Source: Stramenopiles sp. TOSAG23-6 (Eukaryota). Taken from it: DNA of 39,882 nucleotides. The stretch's first letter is position 1, and each line of letters begins with the position of its first letter. The notes under the pieces were generated by a model that did not search any database, had not been told where the DNA came from, and was given only the letters and a program-made list of their open reading frames with translations. The position numbers and the translations under genes were made by a program. The stretch covers positions 1 to 39,882 of the forward strand of contig LT635936.1 in assembly GCA_900128565.1 (NCBI GenBank), read 5' to 3'. Positions 11,798 through 20,963 of the stretch are shown piece after piece.

Positions 11798-14700
11798 ATG
11801 AGCCAAAAGATGGAGCATAGGTTCCAAGGTGAGGGTGTTTCTTTTAATGTAACGCAGAGTGGTTCTGTTACAACTTTGTGGTCTTCTACAGCACGTTGCT
11901 TGACTATTAACTTAAGAACGCGGGAGTTATTTGTCGAAATGTCTGTTTCAGGTTCTAAGGTGCACAAGAGTTATCCAACATCTGGTTTAACAAAGTTGAT
12001 GCCTGGTAAATCCCCTGGTTCTTTAAGTGTCAGTGTGCGTAATGAGGGTAATAAGGCTTTAAAAAAGTATAAATTTCGCGACAGTGCTAGTCGAAACACA
12101 TTTTGCAAATACATTCGATGCGCAAACCAATATGGCTATATTGTCGAGGAGTTGTATCGGAATTGTACGAATTCTTCCGAAGAACACACTGCGAGTAATA
12201 ATAGTTTATGTCCCGCTATAGATATATTTGATGACGACTTGTTATTAAAGGGTATATCGCGACTTGGATTCTCGAATCCTTCCACTCGTAAAGAACTCAG
12301 TGATTTAGTATTTCAGTTACGAAAAGTTGGTACAAAAACATCAAAAAATCTATTAACTGATAAACATTCTATTGATAATTTTCCTGTGATTACATACCGG
12401 GATATTTTTGATATATTCTGTCATTTAGTTATTGAAAACTCGATAAATTCTGGATATGGGAAGGGAAATTCTGAGAATGAATACGAAAATAGTGGGACAA
12501 ATGATTCTCCTGGTACATTTCAGAATTTGACTGCTTTAGGTCTTCAACTGCCTAAACAGGATTTGATTCCAGGAGAAAATTTTGATGAATTTCTAATTTA
12601 TGATCAAGTTTCATTATTATGGTGGCATATGTTCCCTGAAGGTAAAAGACAAGTATATGTCCATGGTCGACTTTTTATTACGCAATACCGTTTGGTGTTT
12701 CTTGCATTTAAAGCACTTCCAAGAACTTCAGGTAAAGCATCTGAAAATAGTGGAATTCGAAGATTATCAGAGGTAGCAAGTGAAACTCTTCAAGCGGAAG
12801 TACCCCTCTCTAATGTCAATTATGTAAGACAACCTCGCGATGATCCTACGTCTATTTGTCTATATTGTAAAGATCTTCGGTCTTTGACTTTTACGTTTAA
12901 CGGTTCTACAAAAGTTGTGGATAATTTTGTGAGTGTTTTGGAAAATCGAATATATTTTGAATATTTACCTAATTCGATCAAAGATTTGAAGATAGATGAT
13001 ATAAATTCAAATTCAAAAATGAATCTTACAAATGAGAAAAAAATTAAAAATTGTGAAGGTACCCGAAATCAAAATAATCTAGATAATAAAGTATTTGCAT
13101 TTATGCAACCTACACCAAAACAAAATATATGTTTAGGAAGAATACGTGCTGACACAAGGGGAAAAAACAGTACAAGGCTTCCCGACTTTTCATCTGAATG
13201 GTATTTTTTATTTTTTTTCAATTTTTGAATTTATTTTTCATACGAAATTTTGTACCTAACGGATTATTTTTTGAAATATTTTTCCAAAATAGGTCTTCAT
13301 ATAATCCCATAAATGAATTTCATCGAATGGGTCTCTTAGATATTTCAATGCAGGAAACATCGAATCAAAAAGATAATATTTTTGATCTTTCTATTTCATC
13401 CAATCCACAAAGTGAGACACCAAACTCAACGAGAAACAACGTTCATAATTCATGTAATTTAAATGTAAATAGAAATGACCTCGAATTTTCAGTACCACAA
13501 AATCATTCTCAATGGCGTTTGTTTCATAATATTAATTTTAAAACAAGTCCAACATATCCTGAATATTTGATCATACCCAACACGCAACTTTTCTCAGATG
13601 AAGATTTATCTGCTGTATGTGCGTGGAGATCAAAAGCGAGATTTCCAGCTGTTACGTGGCATTGTCGTAAAAGTGGTGTTATTTTAGCTCGTTCGGCAAT
13701 GCCATTGAGAGGTCGAGCAGGTATGTCAAATTGTAGAGCTGATGAAAATCTTTGTGACATTTATCGAAAATCTGTGATAAATAGTTATGGAAGTACCACT
13801 CATGTAAATACTGAAAATAAACAAAGAATATCTCCAAAAACTTATATGAAAACACCAGGTAAACCTTCAAATAGACGGCGGATTTTTGGTAGTAAATGGA
13901 ATCCAGATTATGAAACTTCACGAAATCGATCAGTAAGTCAAGAATCACTTTCTAGTACTCCAGCATTTGTGGTGATAGATTGTCGTCCAGCAATTAATGC
14001 AAAAGCAACACAGATTATCAAAGGCGGGGGTGAAGAAAAAGCTTCAAGATATCAAAATACAACTTTAGAAAGGCTATATATAGAAAACATACACGAAATG
14101 CGTAATTCCCTTGTTGAGCTTGCAAAGATATGTCTTCCTGGTTCAATAAGCGATGATGATAATAATTGGTTGTCAGATGTACAAAATACTGGTTGGTTGC
14201 GGCATATCCGGATGGTATTGGCAGGATCTGCTCGCGTCGCTCAACTACTTATTGCAGAAAATACATCTGTTTTGGTTCATTGCAGTGATGGATGGGATAG
14301 AACTGCTCAAATATGTGCTACAGCTCAGTTGTTAGTTGATCCGTACTATCGTACTCTGGAAGGTTTTGGCGTCCTAGTAGAAAAAGATTGGTTGTCATTT
14401 GGCCATAAATTTCATGATAGAATAGGACATGGTCAGCGACCAAGAAAAGGTGACTATGTACATTTTCATCATTAGTTTCAAATTCATTTTGTTTTGTATC
14501 AAATTCTGTAACTAACAAACTTCAAATTTTATATATGTTTTACAAGATATACTCACGGTGGTGGTGGGTTCTTTGCTTCACGAGAAGCTTCGCCAATATT
14601 CACACAATGGATAGATTGTGTCTGGCAGCTGACGCGGCAATTCCCTACTGCATTTGAATTCAGTGAAAGAATGCTCATCTTCGTTGCAGACATGTCATCC

Positions 14701-15109
14701 TCATGTCGTTTTGGTAATTTCTTATGTAACTCAGAACGAGAAAGATCAGAACTTAATGTGAAGCAGAAAACTCCATGTATCTGGTCATATATATGTAGCC
14801 GAAATCATCATAGGAATAACAAATCAAATCGAGAACTTTTTAGTAATCCATGTACGTAATCATTTATTATTCATTTCAATTGTTTTTTGTACCAAATGTT
14901 GTACCTAACGAATTTTAAATGTAACAATTATTCCCAAAAGTACATGCTATCGAAAGGTGGATAGACCATTGTATCCCTCCACTTCACCGAAACGATTAGT
15001 GCTGTGGGATAAATTGTATCTTCGATTCGACCCAGCCTTATCCATTCCCGGGTCCGATGATGAAACTTGGGAAGGTAAATCAAGAGTTTTATCTCCTAGA
15101 GCTAGGTAG
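11798..15109 (+). CDS. Myotubularin-family PI3P/PI(3,5)P2 phosphatase with GRAM-like domain; join(11798..13200,13293..14457,14551..14851,14946..15109), 1010 aa
   Basis: GRLFITQYRLVF (GRAM-like), WSSYNPINEFHRMG, RSKARFP, catalytic HCSDGWDRT, EKDWLSFGHKF, SPIFTQWIDCVWQL, FGNFLCNSERER, NPCY and LWDKLYLRF. Joined length 3033 nt is in frame. Confidence 0.9.
13201..13292 (+). other. Family intron, 92 nt, canonical GT-AG
   Basis: TG|GTATTT...ATACGAAATTTTGTACCTAAC...CCAAAATAG|G restores the conserved W in WxxY. Confidence 0.9.
14458..14550 (+). other. Family intron, 93 nt, GTACAT...GATAT
   Basis: In-frame stop at 14473-14475; ACTAAC ends at 14516; the AG at 14545-14546 is out of frame; TAT is repeated at both junctions. 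A 135-nt canonical alternative (14450-14584) exists. Confidence 0.65.
14852..14945 (+). other. Family intron, 94 nt, GTACGT...TACAT
   Basis: Restores NPCY (myotubularin NPxY). CCTAAC ends at 14909; CATG is repeated at both junctions. A canonical alternative (14856-14940) gives NPCTTCY. Confidence 0.7.
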
Positions 15110-15220
15110 TTGCATGTGTTAGATTGATACCCGAGTACATGTAATGGTTATTAAAATGAAAATTGAAATGAAAACGAATATTCAAAACTGTTTTTTATTT
15201 ATCATTGTACTCTGAGGATA

Positions 15221-18200
15221 TTATAAATTTAATTTTTTTAAGGCTTCCTTCCATGATGCAGAGAGGCCCCAGGTCTGATCATTCTCTTCTAAAAATATCT
15301 CCACTGGAGTTCCATTAAAACGAATTCGATCTTCAGTCTCCTCCAAATATTTAAGCAAATTAATTTTCTCTTTGTCAAATTCTCCAGCGGTATCTGCCCT
15401 AGACTTCAAATTGATTTGAATCCATGTACACATTCGTTTGATTTCAGCTTGTTGCATTTGCATAATAGCAATCGATTGAACTCTAGTACGTTGCATTTCT
15501 AATTGTTTGTCAGTCTGTGTGACTGTGCATACGTGTCGAACAGCAGATTGAAGAGCCACCAAATAGTATGAACTTTGACCCGTGCAACCATTTGGCTGTG
15601 ATCCGTAAACCATAGCCCAACGAAGAGACTCCGGGAGATTTGGGGCTTCACAGTGCACAACAGCAGCAATAAGAACTGGTAGGAGGGAATCTGCTTCAAG
15701 AAGTTTTCGCGCCTTGCTGTTATACTTTTCATTCTCTTGATTAGAGTTGCTACTTTTACTCTCTTGAATATCCTTGTGTTGGGACAATGCATCATTAACT
15801 TCATCATGTGCAATCTGCACAATACAGAGAAGTAAACGGAGCATGCGCATGGGTACTCGGCATTGGGAAAAGTATGTTAGGGCGAGTGATGTGCGAGGAA
15901 AAGGACTAGTCGGTCGGAGCATACATATTTTGTCATTGGTAGGATTCCCATCGAATGAAATAACTGTGTCCATTTCAACTCCATTGCCTTCCCAACGCTC
16001 ATCAGACATACAAAACTCTCTAGGTACACCTAATTCTTCTGGTGTTAAAAGTCGCATCCAATGCTGTTGTTCAAGCCATACTCGATTATCGCCAGATCGA
16101 CCATTATCGCCCATTGTAGAGGCCACTGCCGTAGCAGCTATAGTAGCACTTTCCTTAATAGCGCTGCAACAATATATCAAACCTTCAGAGAGCTCATACA
16201 GTGCTTTCAAAATCTGCGGAGTTTCTATATCGAAATCATAGGCAATAACATCTCCAAGAAATGTTGCAACCATTGGAATCACTTCAACCAGAGAACTAAT
16301 CTTGGCTGCGGCCGTATTATCTTCATTTTGAAGATGAATATTTGTCGCAAGATGCTGCAATTGTGCAAGTAGTCTCTCTAATAATTGGCCCTGTGGATTT
16401 CTTTTGTCAACAATCAAAGAATTAAATACTTTTTGTATTTTTTTCCATTGTATTTCCTGATTAAGAATCAAAAGATTTTTAATATCATCACCTTCACGTT
16501 TAGGTCCACCATGAGGTACCGGAGGTCGTTTGTTCTCATTTGAATTTTGGCAATCGCTACGAATACTGCTATTTTGTAGTGTAATCGCCTTTTTCACTAT
16601 ATCAGAAAGTTTTGCACGACGTTCATCAAATGATAATGTTTGAAGTAAATATCGCGAATCATAAACAGCTTGGTCAGCATCACGGAGCTGATTATGTATC
16701 TGTAGTATGGACTCCGCAAGCGACATGATTGCAGTATCGTTGCTTAAAAGTGCATTTTCATTTAGATAAAATTCGACATTTATCATACATAAATCTGAAT
16801 CTTGTGCTTCTTGTGAGTTCAGAGAAACTCGTTCAAGTGATTGCTCACTCGAACCTTCATTGCATTTTCGTTTAGCATTTGATGCAATAGCAGCCACAGC
16901 TGCAGCAGCCACAGCATTTCCATCGCTAGCTGCTTGGAGGATATCAATATCTCCAACTGGAGTTGCGTATACAGAATTTGTGCCATATTTTGCTTCAGTA
17001 GAAGCAGTCATTGCAGTTATTTCATGTATTTTGCTAGCAATTATAGATCCTGCTAGCTTTTCACCTTGCATGAGCAGTTCCAGGTGTTGAATGAGCATTG
17101 CATTTCGAGATTCTAAACAGGGAATTTGACCCAACTTTCCCCAATCTGATAATATTTTTTTCTGTGCGTTCCATAAAGTTTTTGCATTCTCAAGCGTTGA
17201 TCGAATAGAATCCCACACTTTATGCCTCTTTTCTAATGCCAGACGCAATTCTTTATCATATGCTGTAAGGCGTAACGCATCGGTTTTATATTTGATACAA
17301 AATGATAATTTATCATTTATCGTAATATTTTGTTCTTGGGTTAATTGGTTTCGAGCGACCTCAATTGCATCAGCCGAATTTCCTCTTCGGACATCCAAGT
17401 CATCACCTAATTCAACTAAAATCGGAGATGCTTTTATGTCTGCATCTCCAATTACAATATCACTAGCAGAGATGTGTTTTGGTTTAGAATCTAGAGAATT
17501 TTTGTGCAATAATTTCCTAGCCCAGTTTTGCGCTTTCTGTGCAGTTGCTGCGACACCACGAGCTACTTCACCCGCCATCTTTTTCATGGTTTCTCTGTTT
17601 GATGAATCTACTGTAGTTGTTGTATTTGTCAAAAAGACATTGTTTGGGTTCAGATTATTGCAATGACTCTTCAACGCATCATATCCTAAATCAGCAACTG
17701 GGATCAAAAGTTTTTTGATATCTTTCCTTAATTGGACTAACAATCTCAATTGCCTCCGCCTTAATTTTTTATTTCCATTAGAATTAATAGTTTTTGTTCC
17801 CTCAAACATTTCTCTACTCGTTTGTTTAACAATGTCTACGACCATATTCTTTGAAGCAGTTTCTGTACAAGTAATTTCAATGTCTTCGAATAGCCAATGT
17901 GCACTAGCAACAGTTATGTAATAGCTTTGTTTTTCGTCCGGGAGAGCTTGAAAATATTCTCTTTTTCTTGGTGGCATATCTGTTTCGGTAAATGATGTCA
18001 ATCCAAGACCTGAACGACCAGCTTCAAGAAGCTTTTTGAATGTAGAAACAGTCTGTATTTGAAAACGATGAAGTCCACCAATGCCACGCTGTTTCAGCAG
18101 CTTTAGTTGTCTTATCTGGTCTCTTGGGGATACCATTTTCTTTTGATATACATAATCATTTGAACTTGCAGATGCCATAGCCATTGCGATGAGATCGTCG

Positions 18201-20599
18201 CCTTCCACAATAGGCGTGTCATTAACACGAATGGGGTGTATATACTGAATTGGTACACTAGACTCATAATCACCATCATCATATCGAACTGCAACAGTTT
18301 TCAAGTCGGGTGACACATCACAGATAAATCCAGGATATATATCTTCTAAATTGTATTCCCCATTTTCATTCCAATTTACTTTAACGCGCATTCCCCTTTT
18401 TAAATACTTAAGTGTATTATGCCTTTCTTTATAATTAATATTCTCAACTTGTTGCAAAGGAAGTTCTTCTTCATGTTTTATAGAGCTCGTGGTTGAAGCA
18501 AGGGCGACAGTGGTTCCTATAGCATTTGACACCTCTGCCTTCGAAATTACTAAACCTTCAAACAACTTCACTTCATGAGTATCAATTGTAGTGCTAGATG
18601 TAGTTTCTTCTGCTGCATTACTTTCTTCGTTACCTTCTTCACGTCCAACTAAAAGTCGTTGTTCTTGCCAAGCCATCATATTTTTCTGGTGTTTTTCTCG
18701 TTTAGTTGTTCGTTCTGATAATGAAGTATTATTATCAAGTAACCATTGTATTGCTCTGGTAATGTCACCATCGGCATTTTTAAGGGCTACAATTCCTAAA
18801 TCTTTCTCAAAGCCCATATCTACGAGAGATTCTTCCAATTCGTGTTTGACTCTATGTTGCTTTGCGTTCAGAAGATATATCGCCGCTTCATTTTCATCAC
18901 CTTTACAATGTATCAATGCGTCACTACATTCGTGAATTGGAAAACCAAGATCTGATAATCGTCGAGAAGATTCCAGACGACGAATTTCCTCTACTACTGT
19001 ATTAGAATAAATACTTTTAGGTTGAATATAATCATCACTCCCAGTATCAGAAGTATGCTCGTTGCTAGTAGTGGTGTCGATACTTGTTTCACTGAGAATA
19101 CTTCCTGGTGTACCACTCCTATGAATGCTTACAACCGGTGTATTGGAGCGACTACTTTGAGGGCTTCCTATATATCGTTTAATTACATCAAACTGAATCT
19201 CGCGACTACTTTGACGTCTATGATGAGTTGGAGACACGACTTGTCTGTCTAGTTCTTTTATACTTGGCGTGCCACTTCTAGAATTGCTCACAAAAGGTGT
19301 ATTGGGGCGACTACTATGAGGGCTTCCTATATATTCTATAATTTGATCCAACTGAATTTCGCGATTATTTTGACTTCTACGATGACTTGGAGACACTACC
19401 TGTCTGTCTAATTCTTTTTTACTTTCATTATTTTCACTACTGTCTTTACCTTTAACAAGCTCAGTTCCCAAAACTTCTGGTGGAGCAACCCATGTTGTAT
19501 TGCCTGTAATTGTATGTTCATAATATGGAAAAGAAGAATTTGGATCTATTTGGACTGTCCAACCACCTGCCAGTGGTCGAGGCCATTGCGATTCTCCTGA
19601 TAATAGATTCAAATAATATGGTTCCCCAGATGAAACATCTCTCATTTCTAACCAACCATCAGCCACTGCATAAATTGGATGCGAATTACCCAATTCAGTA
19701 TTCCAGTTCCATTCATCTGCAGTTTCAAATGGATTTGTACTTTCGACTGGATTTACCCATTGGCTCTCATTAGTTACTTGATTAAAATAATATTTGTTCC
19801 CATCATCATCTAAAAGTTCAATCCATTCCGATGAATTGTCATTTGGAATATTAGTCGTCATCTTTAGATCATTGTTGCTTTTCGTAGTAGTATTTTCTGT
19901 AGTAGAAGTAGCACTTGATATTGCAGTAGCCGAGTGTGTAGATTCATCATCAATTGCTGTTACTTGATTATTTGAAGTTCTTGGTGGCCTTGGAGGGCGA
20001 TTCATTGTAGTTTCAATGAGTTTTTCATTTAGAACTTTTGGGGAGGCTACAGGTAAATTACCCATTGCATCATTTAGGTTTTCATTTAGAACTTGTGGAG
20101 ATGCTAGAGGTAAATTACCTGGAGCATCATTTAGTTTTTCGATTACAACAGGTGGAGTTGCCAGAGGTAAATTGGCAGTAACATCATTTAATTTTTCATC
20201 TTTATTTTTATTAGCATGATGTGGTGACTGTGGTGGTGTCAGTTGTTCCAACATGGCTTTCACAAAAGAAGATCGGGGTGTTAGGGCATCTATTTGTTTT
20301 GTAAAGGTAAAAGGAACTTCTCCTACCTCATCGTTTCTTTCATTGAAAACAAGTAGCCACTGGGGATCACTTGGGTTAGGTGTACCAACGAGAAAGTCAC
20401 CGGATTGAACTGACAGTTCACTCGGCTCCTGAGCGTCAAAGTCATAAAGGACCAAGTATCGTTTAGGCTCGTGAGAAGCACTATTACTAGTACTTTTGTG
20501 AATCTCTGGTGGCACTATTGTGTCTTTGCTTGCATCTGTAACACCTGTTAAGTGTTCCTTGACAACTTTCTTCAAGTCAGCTTTACTTTCTTTCGCCAT
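15221..20599 (-). CDS. Large multidomain VPS9 (Rab5 GEF) protein with SH3, three WW, two UBA and a Tudor-like domain
   Basis: LYDFDAQEPSELS..W..GEVP (SH3); W..YY...WxxP three times (WW); LSDLGF and LVDMGF (UBA); VAVRYDDGD (Tudor-like); EADSLLPVL...GQSSYYLVALQSAV (VPS9). Intronless, 1792 aa. Confidence 0.85.
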   Translation of the reverse strand: MAKESKADLKKVVKEHLTGVTDASKDTIVPPEIHKSTSNSASHEPKRYLVLYDFDAQEPSELSVQSGDFLVGTPNPSDPQWLLVFNERNDEVGEVPFTFTKQIDALTPRSSFVKAMLEQLTPPQSPHHANKNKDEKLNDVTANLPLATPPVVIEKLNDAPGNLPLASPQVLNENLNDAMGNLPVASPKVLNEKLIETTMNRPPRPPRTSNNQVTAIDDESTHSATAISSATSTTENTTTKSNNDLKMTTNIPNDNSSEWIELLDDDGNKYYFNQVTNESQWVNPVESTNPFETADEWNWNTELGNSHPIYAVADGWLEMRDVSSGEPYYLNLLSGESQWPRPLAGGWTVQIDPNSSFPYYEHTITGNTTWVAPPEVLGTELVKGKDSSENNESKKELDRQVVSPSHRRSQNNREIQLDQIIEYIGSPHSSRPNTPFVSNSRSGTPSIKELDRQVVSPTHHRRQSSREIQFDVIKRYIGSPQSSRSNTPVVSIHRSGTPGSILSETSIDTTTSNEHTSDTGSDDYIQPKSIYSNTVVEEIRRLESSRRLSDLGFPIHECSDALIHCKGDENEAAIYLLNAKQHRVKHELEESLVDMGFEKDLGIVALKNADGDITRAIQWLLDNNTSLSERTTKREKHQKNMMAWQEQRLLVGREEGNEESNAAEETTSSTTIDTHEVKLFEGLVISKAEVSNAIGTTVALASTTSSIKHEEELPLQQVENINYKERHNTLKYLKRGMRVKVNWNENGEYNLEDIYPGFICDVSPDLKTVAVRYDDGDYESSVPIQYIHPIRVNDTPIVEGDDLIAMAMASASSNDYVYQKKMVSPRDQIRQLKLLKQRGIGGLHRFQIQTVSTFKKLLEAGRSGLGLTSFTETDMPPRKREYFQALPDEKQSYYITVASAHWLFEDIEITCTETASKNMVVDIVKQTSREMFEGTKTINSNGNKKLRRRQLRLLVQLRKDIKKLLIPVADLGYDALKSHCNNLNPNNVFLTNTTTTVDSSNRETMKKMAGEVARGVAATAQKAQNWARKLLHKNSLDSKPKHISASDIVIGDADIKASPILVELGDDLDVRRGNSADAIEVARNQLTQEQNITINDKLSFCIKYKTDALRLTAYDKELRLALEKRHKVWDSIRSTLENAKTLWNAQKKILSDWGKLGQIPCLESRNAMLIQHLELLMQGEKLAGSIIASKIHEITAMTASTEAKYGTNSVYATPVGDIDILQAASDGNAVAAAAVAAIASNAKRKCNEGSSEQSLERVSLNSQEAQDSDLCMINVEFYLNENALLSNDTAIMSLAESILQIHNQLRDADQAVYDSRYLLQTLSFDERRAKLSDIVKKAITLQNSSIRSDCQNSNENKRPPVPHGGPKREGDDIKNLLILNQEIQWKKIQKVFNSLIVDKRNPQGQLLERLLAQLQHLATNIHLQNEDNTAAAKISSLVEVIPMVATFLGDVIAYDFDIETPQILKALYELSEGLIYCCSAIKESATIAATAVASTMGDNGRSGDNRVWLEQQHWMRLLTPEELGVPREFCMSDERWEGNGVEMDTVISFDGNPTNDKICMLRPTSPFPRTSLALTYFSQCRVPMRMLRLLLCIVQIAHDEVNDALSQHKDIQESKSSNSNQENEKYNSKARKLLEADSLLPVLIAAVVHCEAPNLPESLRWAMVYGSQPNGCTGQSSYYLVALQSAVRHVCTVTQTDKQLEMQRTRVQSIAIMQMQQAEIKRMCTWIQINLKSRADTAGEFDKEKINLLKYLEETEDRIRFNGTPVEIFLEENDQTWGLSASWKEALKKLNL
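19110..19420 (-). repeat. Two-copy intragenic duplication of about 53 codons
   Basis: KELDRQVVSP..REIQ.D.I..YIGSP.SSR.NTP..S..SGTP occurs twice; the DNA copies are visibly similar. Confidence 0.8.
20020..20200 (-). repeat. Three-copy intragenic repeat of about 57-60 nt
   Basis: (K/N)LNDxxxNLPxA(T/S)PxV occurs three times. Confidence 0.75.
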
Positions 20600-20616
20600 T
20601 CTATATTTTAGTTAAG

Positions 20617-20789
20617 GCATGTAGCTTGTGAACTGAGAGAGTTATCAGCGAACATCAATTTTCTTTCCTTTCAGTTTTAACAGACACAGTATAGTAGTAG
20701 TTATTGCATGTAGCTTGTGAACTGAAAGAGTTATCAGCAAACATCAATTTTCTTTCCTTTCAGTTTTAACAGGCACAGTATAGTAGTAG
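20617..20789. repeat. Tandem duplication of an 84-bp unit (20617-20700 and 20706-20789)
   Basis: GCATGTAGCTTGTGAACTG...CACAGTATAGTAGTAG occurs twice with 3 mismatches, just upstream of the VPS9 gene ATG. Confidence 0.9.
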
Positions 20790-20963
20790 TAGGTAGTATA
20801 CCTACTATATAGCTACAGTAGTAGGTAATTACAAATTTGAAATTGACAGTTACTTTACTACTTTTTGGTAGCAAAATTAATTTTGAAATTTCATCCATAA
20901 AAAAAATTTAAAAAAATATAAAATTCATGGGTGGGTTCTTTATTACTATAAAAAATATAAGTA

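Noticed and set aside
2279-15109. Split ORFs as pseudogenes, frameshifting or stop-codon reassignment
   Set aside because: Every break coincides with a family intron, catalytic motifs are intact, and TAA, TAG and TGA all end genes normally.
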